Of a DNA stretch of 35,277 bases, positions 9,936-20,345 are shown piece by piece (the stretch's first letter is position 1; every line of letters begins with the position of its first letter). The stretch is taken from NCBI RefSeq assembly GCF_006345805.1, contig NW_021826272.1, positions 1-35,277 of the forward strand, read 5' to 3'. Source of the stretch: Octopus sinensis (taxonomy: Eukaryota). The notes beneath the pieces were generated by a model that made no database searches, was not told where the DNA came from, and worked only from the letters and a program-made list of their open reading frames with translations. Made by a program: the position numbers and the translations under genes.

Positions 9936-10325
9936 GGTGTTTCCTTGGCGGATGCTTGTGCTCTCCTGTGTGTTCTTGTTTGGACCGTAGTGAGAGCTAA
10001 CGGGTGATGAACAAGGTGGATGTATGTAGGAGTGAGAAAGAAAGCCATAAAACTTGCTGTTGCAGAAATGGTTCAGAAGCTTGCTGTGCTTAAGGTAAGA
10101 AATATGGACCAGCAAGTTCCATCTTAGAGAAAACGATGTGGTTCTGTGTCAAGAAAACGATGTGTCACTGACTGGCAAGAAAACTGCACACCAGCCAAGA
10201 GGGCAGATAACTGCACTTTCGTCTCCTTACGCACCCCTCTGATTGGCTGAAGTTTCCGTAGCACAACTGTGCTATTCCATGACAACAACATAGAGCCTTT
10301 CTGACTCTTACAACTGCTTTGAAGA

Positions 10326-10672
10326 AACCCCTATTCATCATCATTTAGCATCCGCTTTCCATGCTGGCATGGGTTGGACGTATGACTGAGGGCTGGCGAA
10401 CCAGATGGCTGCACCAGGCTCTAATCTTGATCTGGCAGAGTTTCTACAGCTGGATGCCCTTCCTAACGCCAACCACTCCGAGAGGGTAGTGGGTGCTTTT
10501 TATGTGCCACCTGCACGGGGGCCAGTCAGGCGGTACTGGCAATGACCTCGCTCGAATCCTTTTACACATGCCACCAGCACAGGTGCCAGTAAGGCGACTT
10601 TGGTAACGATCATGCTCGAATGGTGCCCTTTTACGTGCCACTGGCACGGAAGCCAGTTGGCTGCTCTGGCAA
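10326..10672 (-). mobile_element. Family D: orphan RTE-LINE 3'UTR
   Basis: Minus strand GGTTGGCGTTAGGAAGGGCATCCAGCTGTAGAAAC ... ATGATGATG tail; the same motif follows RTE ORF ends at 22136-23380. Confidence 0.8.
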
Positions 10673-10872
10673 CATGTTGTCAGGAAGGGAGGGCTTCCAT
10701 ATAATTCTGAGTCTGTTTAAGGTATTTGGTTCTCAGCTAGGGTCCACATGACAAGAAAGAAGACAAACAGCTTCTGGCAATGCAGAAAGTTTAATAAAAC
10801 CCTTATATTTTAGGTGCAGAAGAAAAGAACAGTCTAAGAAAAGATCTGGTTTCATAACTGGACTCTCAGACT

Positions 10873-11283
10873 CTCTTTCTCTTTTACTTGTTTCAGTCAT
10901 TTGACTGCGGCCATGCTGGAGCACCGCCTTTAATCGAGCAACTCGACCCCGGGACTTATTCTTTTGTAAGACCAGTACTTATTCTATCGGTCTTTTTTGC
11001 CGAACTGCTAAGTGACGGGGACGTAAACACACCAGCATCGGTTGTCAAGCAATGCTAGGGGGACAAACACAGACACACAAACGCACACACACGCATATAT
11101 ATATATATATACATATATACGACGGGCTTCTTTCAGTTTCCGTCTACCAAATCCACTCACAAGGCTTTGGTCGGCCCGAGGCTATAGTAGAAGACACTTG
11201 CCCAAGATGCCACGCAGTGGGACTGAACCCGGAACCATGTGGTTAGTAAACAAGCTACTTACCACACAGCCACTCCTGCGCCT
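10873..11283 (-). mobile_element. SINE family A, full length
   Basis: tRNA-like head at right end, internal CA/TA tract, AAGAGTA-like tail at left. Confidence 0.92.
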
Positions 11284-11571
11284 GTTTTTCTTCTGAAGAT
11301 GGCTCTTTGTGCCTGGAATATAAAGATTTTATTAAACCTTCTGCATAGTCAGAAGCTATTTTCAATCTTTTTTACATTCATAGAAGAAGAAAAAAATGTT
11401 CTGATTCATATTTTTCGTCCGCACCAATCCACTCTGTTGATCATCCATGAACTCATTAGTTAAATGGCAACTGAATTCAGTGGCATAACGTTATTGGATA
11501 CGCTGTATTAAACGCATTCCTGGAAGCTGGTATGTACATGTTAGTCATAAAACTTTTAATATACTTTATCG

Positions 11572-11874
11572 TATGAGGGCCAGCTGAAAAAAGTTCCTGG
11601 TTTTGGGTAAAAGAAAATAGAGGAGGATCTGTTAATTATGATTTTATCCAACATATTCCCCTCTCAGATTCACACGTTTATTGCAGCGGTCCTTCAGTTT
11701 TTCTAAGTCCTGCAAAAGAACTTGGAACATTGGGCCTTCAACTAAGCTTTTTGTGATATCCTTTAAGTAAGGAATTTTTTGACACCCCCTCCACATATGT
11801 GTGTGTGTGTGTGTGTGTGTGTGGTAAATGAAAGAGGGAAGATGGAATATACAAGAATTTATTATTAATCACAG

Positions 11875-11908
<34 letters not shown>

Positions 11909-12663
11909 AGGGAACACTCAAAAGTTCCTTGATTTGGGCAAAAGAAAATAGAGGAGGATCTGTTAATTATGATTTTATCCAACATATTCCCCTCTCAGAT
12001 TCATACACTTATTGCAGGGGTCCTTCAGTTTTCCTAAGCCCTGGAAAAAGAATTTGGAAGGTTGAGCCTCCAGTCAGGCTTTTTGTGATACCCTTAAAGC
12101 CAGGAATTTTTTGACACCCCCTCCACATATGTGTGTGTGTGGTAAATGAAAGAGGGAAGATGGAATATACAAGAATTTATTATTAACCACAGCATACACA
12201 CACACACACACACACACACACATGAGGGAACACTCAAAAGTTCCTTGATTTGGGCAAAAGAAAATAGAGGAGGATCAGTTGATTATGATTTTATCCAACA
12301 TATTCCCCTCTCAGATTCACAAACTTATTGCAGGGGTCCTTCAGTTTTTCTAAGATCTATAAAAGAACTCGGAAGGTTGGGCTTCAGTCAGGCTTTTTGT
12401 GATACCATCAAAGCCAGGAACTTCTCAACACTCCTTCATATATACACACACTAGGGGCTGCTGAAAACTTGCTGGTTTTGGGTAAAAGAAAACCCAAGAG
12501 GATCAGTTAATTATTCAACATATTTCCCTCTCAGATTCACACGCTTATAGCAGTGGCCCTTCAGTTTTTCTAAGCCCTGTAAAAAGAATTTGGAAGGTTG
12601 GGCCACCAATGAGGTCTTTAGCAATGCCCTTAAAAACAGGAACTTTTCAACCCCAAACTCATA
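11572..12663. mobile_element. Cluster of four ~220-bp mariner-type MITE copies (11572-11797, 11905-12128, 12221-12440, 12452-12663)
   Basis: Degenerate TIRs (T)ATGAGGG..CTGAAAAGTTCCTGG / CCAGGAACTTTT..CACCCCCTC(ATA), TA-type ends, shared interior. Confidence 0.8.
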
Positions 12664-12708
12664 TATAAATTGATTGATTGATAGACAAATACAAAATATA
12701 TACATATA

Positions 12709-13100
12709 TGGCTGTGTGGAAAGTAGCTTGCTTATGAACCACATGGTTCCAGGTTCAGTCCCACAATGGCACCTTAGGCAAGTGTCTTCTACTATAGCCT
12801 CGGGCCAACCAAAACTTTGTGAGTGGATTTGGTAGACGGAAACTGAAAGAAGCCCGTCGCATATATGTGTGTGTATATATATATATACATATATGTCTGT
12901 GTGTGTATAAGCTTGTGTGTCAACATCGCTTGACAATCGCTGGTGGTGTGTTTACATCCCCGTAACTAAGCAGTTTAGCAAAAGAGACCGATAAAATAAG
13001 TACTAGGCTTACAAAGAATAAGTCCTGGGGTCGATTTGCTCAACTAAAGGTGGTGCTCCAGCATGGCCACAGTCAAAACGACTGAAACAAGTAAAAGAGT
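12709..13100 (+). mobile_element. SINE family A
   Basis: TGGCTGTGTGG...GGTTCAGTCCC head; ends AAACAAGTAAAAGAGT. Confidence 0.9.
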
Positions 13101-13129
13101 ATATATACACACACACATACACATATACA

Positions 13130-13352
13130 TACAAGAGGCTACTGAAAAGTCCCTGGCATTGGGTAGAAGAAAATACAGTAGGATCAGTTAATTATGACTT
13201 AATTAAGCATATTCCCTTCTCAGATTCACACACTTACTGCAGAGGTCCTTCAGTTTTTCTAAGCTCTGTAAAGTGAACTCAAATGGTTGGGTCACCACTC
13301 AGGACTTTCACGATACTCTTAAAAACCAGGAACTTTACAGCACTCCCTCGTG
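13130..13352. mobile_element. Fifth mariner-type MITE copy
   Basis: TACAAGAGGCTACTGAAAAGTCCCTGG ... CCAGGAACTTTACAGCACTCCCTCGTG. Confidence 0.8.
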
Positions 13353-13589
13353 CGTTGTGGTTGTGTAAGGAAATCTGGCCTTCACAAAAGTCATGAATTT
13401 TATAAATAAATTAGAGATGCAGTGAGTTTAATTCTGAAATGTGATCTTGTCCACTGAGACCCCCCCACACACACACGTTGAGGTCCTGTCCCAGATATCT
13501 GGGATAGTTCTGTCGTTACGACACCATGGTGCTGTTTATATATCTGGGCCAATGTGGCTTCCTGTGACGCATACTGTTACCCGAGAGCG

Positions 13590-14700
13590 GACACCTCCAA
13601 GCAGACGATGTGACTCATCACCGATTTCTCTCTCACCAATACTCCACGAACACTCGCCTCCTCCTGTGTTGTCTACCACTACTACAATGGTTTCTGCTCC
13701 TCACAGACACCACTCAGGTTCTCTGAGTTGTCAATACACTGCCTCCTCTTTCTATCATCACCACCACCACTACTACTACTATTTTGCACCACTCCGAACA
13801 CACCTATACTGTATTTCTGTACTACTGCTGCTACTGCCATGTGGGCATCGATGAGGTCATTGACCTCATCTTGCGTGATGTCATCAAAACCTTCGCCTCC
13901 AAGTATCTTTGCCAGTTTCACTGCATTGTTGGCAGCCTCTTGCTGAATATCTTCAGGTGAGCAGCCCTCGTAGTCCTGAACACACTCTGGCTACACCTTC
14001 TTCCAGCATCCGGTGAGGATTTCTCTTTTCATTGTCTTTAAGAGCAGCATGGATGACTGACAGGTACGTTGCAATTGTGAAGTTACACCAGTAATCCTTT
14101 AACTTGAAATTCTCATCCGAATCCATTGCGTCCACAAGGTGTTGGAAAGAGTTCCGAGTGTAAAGTGCCTTCAAGGCATTGAACACGCCTTGATCCATCG
14201 GCTGGATGAGGCACTGGGGTCGATGTAATTGACTTAATACCTATGTCTGTCCTTGTTTGTCCCCTCTGCATTTAGCCCCTTGTGGGTAGTAAAGAAATAG
14301 GTATAATTTCAGCTCTTTCTCGCCAATGATGTTACCATTCAAGGGAATGTTTTTCTTCTTGCTGTTGCTGATCCATCCTGCCCAAGTGCTTATTTCTCGC
14401 TGTCGTTATCTTTTTGGCACTTTCACAAAGCCTCGCTGCTACGGTAGACCTGAAAGCTGCCTCGTTCTTCTTTACGTAGCGACCTACTGCGACATAGATT
14501 TTACCTTCTTGGAGCATATCCAACAGTTGTACCTTCTCATGGAACATCGTAACCTTTTTTCTGGTGCTTAGGTTCACTGCCAGAAGCCTTAGAAGGTAGA
14601 GGGCGTTTGGGTAGCATCTTAGGGCTTTAATAACATGCTGTGAAAAAAAACAGCACTCAACAAAATACTTGAAATAGCTACTGGAAGCAGTTTTTCCCAA
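13590..14700 (-). pseudogene. Internally deleted pogo/Tigger (DDE_1, CENP-B-like) transposase relic
   Basis: LIQPMDQG motif at ~14175-14210, Tigger1-like GGEGFDDITQDEVNDLIDAH (13682-13921), N-terminal HTH-like EKVQLLDML...VAVGRY (14332-14700); frameshifted, central domain missing. TIRs not confidently found. Confidence 0.85.
14209..14304 (+). mobile_element. SINE B 3' half at the transposase deletion junction
   Basis: GCACTGGGGTCGATGTAATTGAC...GTAGTAAAGAAATAGGTAT; GCACTG is shared by transposase and SINE. Confidence 0.8.
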
Positions 14701-14854
14701 AAAAACTTACAAAACAAAATCTTCCTTGTATCCAATACGTGCATAGCACCAATGGGAGATTGAGCAGGGATTAAAGATAATCAGGTTTTGAAAAAATTAG
14801 TCTGTGTTACCACGAGATACAGTAATTTATACTATAATAATAATAATCATCGTC

Positions 14855-15505
14855 GTCATCATCGTTTAACGTCTGCTTTCCATGTGCCTTTCCAGGTGCC
14901 TTTCATGTGCCACTGGTATGGGTGCCTTTCACGTGCCACCAGCACAGGTGCCCCTGATGTGTCACCAGCACAGGTGCCTTTCATGTGCCACTGGTATGGG
15001 TGCCGTCCACGTGCCACCAGCACAGGTGCCTTTCATGTGCCACCGGTATGGGTACCGCACAGGTGCCCCTGATGTGTCACCAGCACGGGTGCCTTCAACG
15101 TGCCACTGGCACTTCTGTATCACCACCTCATCCCAAATGTGTATATATGTGTATGTGTGAAAAGTTGTGCATGTACATATGTGAATATGTATGTATATGC
15201 TTGTGTATATATGTGTATTTCGTTGCTATTATGTTAAACTGTTGTATGTCCAAATTTGTTTGTTGTTTGTCCATGGGTTGGACGATTTTGACTGAGGGTA
15301 GGCGAACCAGAAGGCTGCACCAGGCTCCAGTCTGATCTGGCAGTGTTTCTACAGCTGGATGCCCTTGCTAACGTCAACCACTCCGAGAGTGTAGTGGGTG
15401 CTTTTTACGTGCCACCGGCACAGGGGCCAGTCAGGCGGTATTGGCAACGACCTCGCTCGAATCTTTTTATACATGCCACTGGCACAGATGCCAGTGAAGT
15501 GACCT
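14855..15505 (-). mobile_element. Family D (RTE 3'UTR) interrupted by a ~385-bp insert (~14885-15270)
   Basis: CATCGTTTAACGTCTGCTTTCCATG | insert | CATGGGTTGGACG; these halves are nearly adjacent in uninterrupted copies (10326, 28374). Confidence 0.75.
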
Positions 15506-15751
15506 TGGTAATAATAATAATAATAATGATGATAATAATAAGAGGATGAGAGAGAGAGAATGGCATGAAAAAAGTCATAAAAAATTGCAGATGATATTTG
15601 AGATTCTGGTGGTTTTCGCGAGCAATTATTCATTCTGCGAATAATTGAGATCGTGAAAGCTGAACCGTGAATAAGCAGGGGTACATTGTATATATAAATA
15701 TATAAATATACATCCAGTACAAATATTATTTTTTACTCTAGGCACAAAGCC

Positions 15752-16088
15752 TGGGATTTTGGGTTAGTGGGGTCCAGTCAATTAGATTGATCTCCAGTAC
15801 ACAACTGGTACTTAATTTAACGACGCCAAAGGGACGAAAGGCAAAGTCAACCTCAGCAGAATTTAAACTCAGAACGTAAGGACAGACAAAATACCAGGGG
15901 CTAAACACAGAGGGGACAAACAAGGACAAACAAACGGATTAAGTCAATTATATTGACCCCAGTGCGTAACTGGTACTTATTTAATCAACCCTGAAAGGAT
16001 GAAAGGCAAAGCCAACCTCGGCGGAAGACAAACAAAATACCGCTAAGTATTTTGTCCGGTGTGCTAACGGTTCTATCAGCTTGCTGCC
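15752..16088 (-). mobile_element. SINE B, two tandem units (diverged)
   Basis: Core GAAAGGCAAAG(T/C)CAACCTC occurs twice. Confidence 0.8.
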
Positions 16089-16094
16089 TTGCAT

Positions 16095-16470
16095 CTCTTT
16101 TACTCTTTTACTTGTTTCAGTCATTTGACTGTGGCCATGCTGCAGCACCACCTTCAGTCGAGCAAATCGACCCCAGGACTTATTCTTTGTAAGCCTAGTC
16201 CTTATTCTATCAGTTGCTTTTGCCAAACCGCTAAGTTACGGGGACGTAAACATACCACCATCGGTTGTCAAGTGATGGTGGGGGGACAAACACACACACA
16301 TATATACATATATATGACGGGCTTCTTTCAGTTTCCGTCTACCAAATCCACTCACAAGGCTTTGGTCGGCCCGGGGCTATAGCAGAAGACACTTGCCCAA
16401 GATGCCACACAGTGGGACTGAACCCGGAACCATGTGGTTGGTTAGCAAGCTACTTACCACACAGCCACTT
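16095..16470 (-). mobile_element. SINE family A
   Basis: Collinear with 10873-11283. Confidence 0.9.
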
Positions 16471-16650
16471 CTGTATAATATTCTACAGCTTTTGCCTCTC
16501 TATTATACACTCACAGCAATGGCATAGAATTAGCTTATTTTAATGTAAATAAACACACACGTCAATTTTTTTTACTTATTTTAAGTATTTTAAGAAATTT
16601 TTGGGATGTCTTTTTAATGAAATATCATAACACACCCTATATATATATGC

Positions 16651-16731
<81 letters not shown>

Positions 16732-16734
16732 CAT

Positions 16735-17205
16735 TCTTTTACTGGCTTCAGTCATCTGACTGTGGCCATGCTGGAGCACCAGATTTTGTCTAAGAAATCA
16801 ACCCCAGGACTTATTCTTTGTAAGCCTACCACTTATTCAATTGGTCACTTTTGCCAAACCAGCACAGGTGCCTTTTATTTGCCACTGGTATGGGTGCCTT
16901 TCACGTGTCACCAGCACAGGTGCCCCTGATGTATCACCAGCACAGGTGAATTTCATGTGCCACCAGTATGGGTGCCGTTCACGTGCCACCAGCACAGGTG
17001 CCCCTGATGTGTCACCAGCACTGGTGCCTTCAACGTTCCACTGGCACTTCTGTGTCACCACCTCATCCCAAATGTGTATATATGTGTATGTGTGAAAAGT
17101 TGTGCATGTACATATGTGAATATGTATGTATATGCTTGTGTATATATGTGTATTTCGTTGCTATTATGTTAAACTGTTGTATGTCCAAATTTGTTTGTTG
17201 TTTGT
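16735..17205. repeat. SINE A 3' fragment (16735-16860) fused to a D-subrepeat plus AT-rich block duplicated at 14885-15270
   Basis: CACCACCTCATCCCAAATGTG...CCAAATTTGTTTGTTGTTTGT is essentially identical at about 15121-15270 and 17056-17205. Confidence 0.8.
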
Positions 17206-17507
17206 TTTGTTCCTTCTCGAGCCATGCGTGGCTCATAAGGGCCAGTTTCCCGGTTTCCTTGGCGTATAGGTTCCCCACCTGGACAGGACGCCGGTCCATC
17301 ACAGGTGAGCTGCAAGATGCAGGAGGAAAGAGTGAGAGAAAGTTGTGGCAAAAGAGTCAGCAGAAGTGTTGCCATTACCTTCTGCCGGAGCCGCGTGGAG
17401 CGTAGGTGTTTCGCTCATAAACACACACATCGCCCTGTCTGAGATTCGAACCTGCGATCCCTCGACCGCAAGTCCGCTGCTCTAACCACTAGGCCATGTG
17501 CCTCCAC
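17205..17507 (-). mobile_element. SINE family C
   Basis: Reverse complement of 18237-18544. Confidence 0.9.
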
Positions 17508-17751
17508 TTATGTCCAAATTTGACCAAATGTCTTTTCAGTATTTCTTTTTGCTTGCAAAAGCCAGTTCTTTTGGTCAACCCATTGTATCTCCTGCTGCTT
17601 CTGATGCCGAGATACCAAAAGTTGCCAAAGTTTGCTCCAGTGGTAAAGCTATGGAATGCTAAAACCGTTTTTTTTCATTTTCTGTAAAAGCAACATTTTG
17701 GACTTACAACACTTTTGCATAATAGCAACGATTTGTACGTGTGTATTTATA

Positions 17752-18149
17752 TCTCTCTTTTACTTGTTTCAGTCATTTGACTGCGGCCATGCTGGAGCAC
17801 CGCCTTTAATCGAGCAACTCGACCCCGGGACTTATTCTTTTGTAAGCCCAGTACTTATTCTAGCGGTCTCCTTTTGCCGAACCACTAAGTGACGGGGACA
17901 TAAACACACCAGTATCGGTTGTCAAGCAATGCTAGGGGGACAAATACAGACACACAAACACACACACGCATATATATATACATATATACGACGGGCTTTT
18001 TTCAGTTTCCGTCTACCAAATCCACTCACAAGGCTTTGGTCGGCCCGAGGCTATAGTAGAAGACACTTGCCCAAGATGCCACGCAGTGGGACTGAACCCG
18101 GAACCATGTGGTTGGTAGACAAGCTACTTACCACACAGCCACTCCTGCA
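17752..18149 (-). mobile_element. SINE family A, full length
   Basis: Highly similar to 10873-11283. Confidence 0.92.
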
Positions 18150-18236
18150 CATATATATATATTATACGTATATATGTTTGTGTGCACGTGTAAATGTGTG
18201 TATGTATATGCAGTGGCACACTGACCAGGTTGCCAG

Positions 18237-18544
18237 ATTGTGGAGGCATATGGCCTAGTGGTTAGAGCAGCGGACTTGCGGTCGAGGGATCACGGGTTCG
18301 AATCTCAGACCGGGCGATGTGTGTGTTTATGAGCGAAACACCTAAACTCCACGCGGCTCCGGCAGAAGGTAATGGCGAATTTCTGCTGACTCTTTCGCCA
18401 CAACTTTCTCTCACTCTTTCCTCTTGCATCTTGCAGCTCACCTGCGACGGACCGGCGTCCCGTTCAGGTGGGGAACCTGTACGCCAAGGAAACCGGGAAA
18501 CCGGCCCTTATGAGCCAGGCATGGCTCGAGAAGGAACAAACACA
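18237..18544 (+). mobile_element. SINE family C, full length, with 11-bp target-site duplication
   Basis: A box TGGCCTAGTGG (18251), B box GGTTCGAATC (18295); CAGGTTGCCAG at 18226-18236 and 18545-18555. Confidence 0.92.
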
Positions 18545-18743
18545 CAGGTTGCCAGCTTGCCTGATGGCTTGCCTGCGCCATTAGAATCCATATATGGTGG
18601 GCCATGTTTAGTATCTAAGGGGCCCATCCCCTCAAGTTTGAGAACTTTTTATTCACTCCTGGAAGAATACATTATCTATTTCAGCCGGGCTGTGTTTGTA
18701 GACAATTGAAAAGAATACTTTTAACAAAACACAAAAAAACTAA

Positions 18744-18838
18744 GAGCCTGGTGCAGCCACCTGGTTCGCCAGCCCTCAGTCAAATCGTCCAACCCATGCC
18801 AGCATGGAGAGCGGACGTTAAACGATGATGATGATGAT
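18744..18838 (+). mobile_element. Family D extreme 3' end with (GAT)n tail
   Basis: CCAACCCATGCCAGCATGGAGAGCGGACGTTAAACGATGATG. Confidence 0.8.
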
Positions 18839-19158
18839 AGCATTGTAGTGGCACAGTGTGCCACGTGTCAGGTGTCGGAATTGGTCGCAGAGCGACGCGA
18901 GATGAATTGCTTTGCTCAGGAACACAACGCACCACCCGGACTACAAATTGAAACCAGAATCTGGTGATTGTGAGCACAGCATACTAACCACTAGCTCCAC
19001 GTGTGTGTGTGTGTCTGTATGTTATCCGACCCAAGGAAGAAAATAATTTCCTTCAAAGGAATGGAAAAACCTCCAATTTTCACTGGTTCTTCAATTCTCT
19101 ATTTCCTTTAATATCTATGTGTGTATGTATATATATATATAATATATATATATATATA

Positions 19159-19367
19159 TAAATGAAAGAAAGAATGGAGTCGAACGACGATTTTAACAAA
19201 ATTCCTTTACTCTCGACACGTTTCAAAGACTGCAAGTCTTTCCTGATGAGAAGGCGGCATAATGCACCCTTTATTCCTTCAGAAATAAGAATATGCAGTC
19301 TTCGAAACATATGTCGAGAGTAAAGGAATTTTGTTAAAATCGTTGTTCAACTCCATTCTTTCATTTA
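19159..19367. mobile_element. Foldback element (~75-bp inverted arms) enclosing the hammerhead; putative Penelope-like non-autonomous insertion
   Basis: 19159-19234 is the reverse complement of 19294-19367 with few differences. Confidence 0.7.
19238..19320 (+). ncRNA. Predicted type I hammerhead ribozyme with palindromic minimal stem III
   Basis: Stem I CTTTC(19238-42)/GAGAG(19316-20); CTGATGA 19243-49; stem II GAAGGCGGCATA/TATGCAGTCTTC; GAAA 19304-07; stem III AC-ATAT-GT; GUC cleavage triplet 19313-15. Confidence 0.7.
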
Positions 19368-19565
19368 TTCATAGTTAAAAAAACACACAAATTTACACAT
19401 GAGAACACGGGATTTCTGCCCTTGGCATGTAGCTTCAACCATGTTTTCTGACGTGAATTTGCTACCCGGGTATCGGTTAACCGAATTATCCTTACTAGGA
19501 TAATTCATTCACCTACTTATATATATATATATAATATATATATATATAATATATATATATATATG

Positions 19566-19780
19566 TTTCTTTATTGTCCACAAGGGGCTAAACACTGAGG
19601 AGACGAACGTATTAAGTTGATTATATCGACCCCAGTGCGTAACTGGTACTTTATTTATCGACCCCGAAAGGATGACAGCCAAAGTCAACCTTGGCAGAAT
19701 TTGAACTCGGAACATAACAGCAGACGCCGAAATACCGCTAAGCATTTCACCCGGCGCACTAACGTGTCTGCCAGCTCATC
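19566..19780 (-). mobile_element. SINE family B
   Basis: CACAAGGGGCTAAAC ... GCTAAGCATTTCACCCGG...CTGCCAGCTC. Confidence 0.85.
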
Positions 19781-19839
19781 TTATATATGTGTGTGTGTGT
19801 GTGTATGTAATGAAACAAAGAAAAGATTAGAAGAAAATA

Positions 19840-20086
19840 CATATGTACACACACACACATATATATACATACATGCAGACACACTCACAATCACATCCAC
19901 ACACATGCATTGACATCCACATTTGTGTGTGTGTGTGTATGCCTATATATATATATGCCCATACACACACACACACACACATTGACATATTGTGTGTGTG
20001 TGTGTGTGTATGGGCATATATATATAGGCATACACACACAAATGTGTATGTGTGTAGATGTGATTGTCAGTGTGTCTGCATGTATG

Positions 20087-20124
<38 letters not shown>

Positions 20125-20345
20125 CTTATATATATATGCCCATACACACACACAAACACACACACACACACATTGACATATTGTGTGTGTGTGTGTATGG
20201 GCATATATATATAGGCATACACACACAAATGTGTATGTGTGTAGATGTGATTGTCAGTGTGTCTGCATGTATGTATATATATGTGTGTGTGTGTGTGTGT
20301 GTATGTATGCTTATATATATATGCCCATACACACACACACACACA
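19840..20345. repeat. Composite microsatellite with inverted plus direct (~183 bp) duplication
   Basis: GCCCATAC recurs at ~19957, 20138 and 20323; ~19850-19980 is mirrored by ~19990-20110. Confidence 0.75.

Noticed and set aside
11042-11296. Recurrent peptide RRASFSFRLPNPLTRLWSARGYSRRHLPKMPRSG in many ORFs
   Set aside because: Antisense translation of SINE A; recurrence reflects copy number, not a gene family.
14800-14825. Possible Tigger TIR (CACGAGATACAGTA)
   Set aside because: No matching inverted partner found on the other side of the transposase relic.
17540-17660. Open frames in unique segments (17540-17660; also 10740-10860, 11290-11460) as host exons
   Set aside because: Short, no recognisable homology, and splice signals not jointly convincing.
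18237-18312. tRNA-like sequence
   Set aside because: A/B boxes are present, but it continues into a SINE body with a TSD and lacks a proper acceptor stem, so it is not a tRNA gene.
19221-19290. Mirror-image hammerhead on the minus strand of the foldback
   Set aside because: Minus strand has GAAACGUGUC but the upstream core reads CUGAAGG, not CUGANGA, and lacks a matching stem I.
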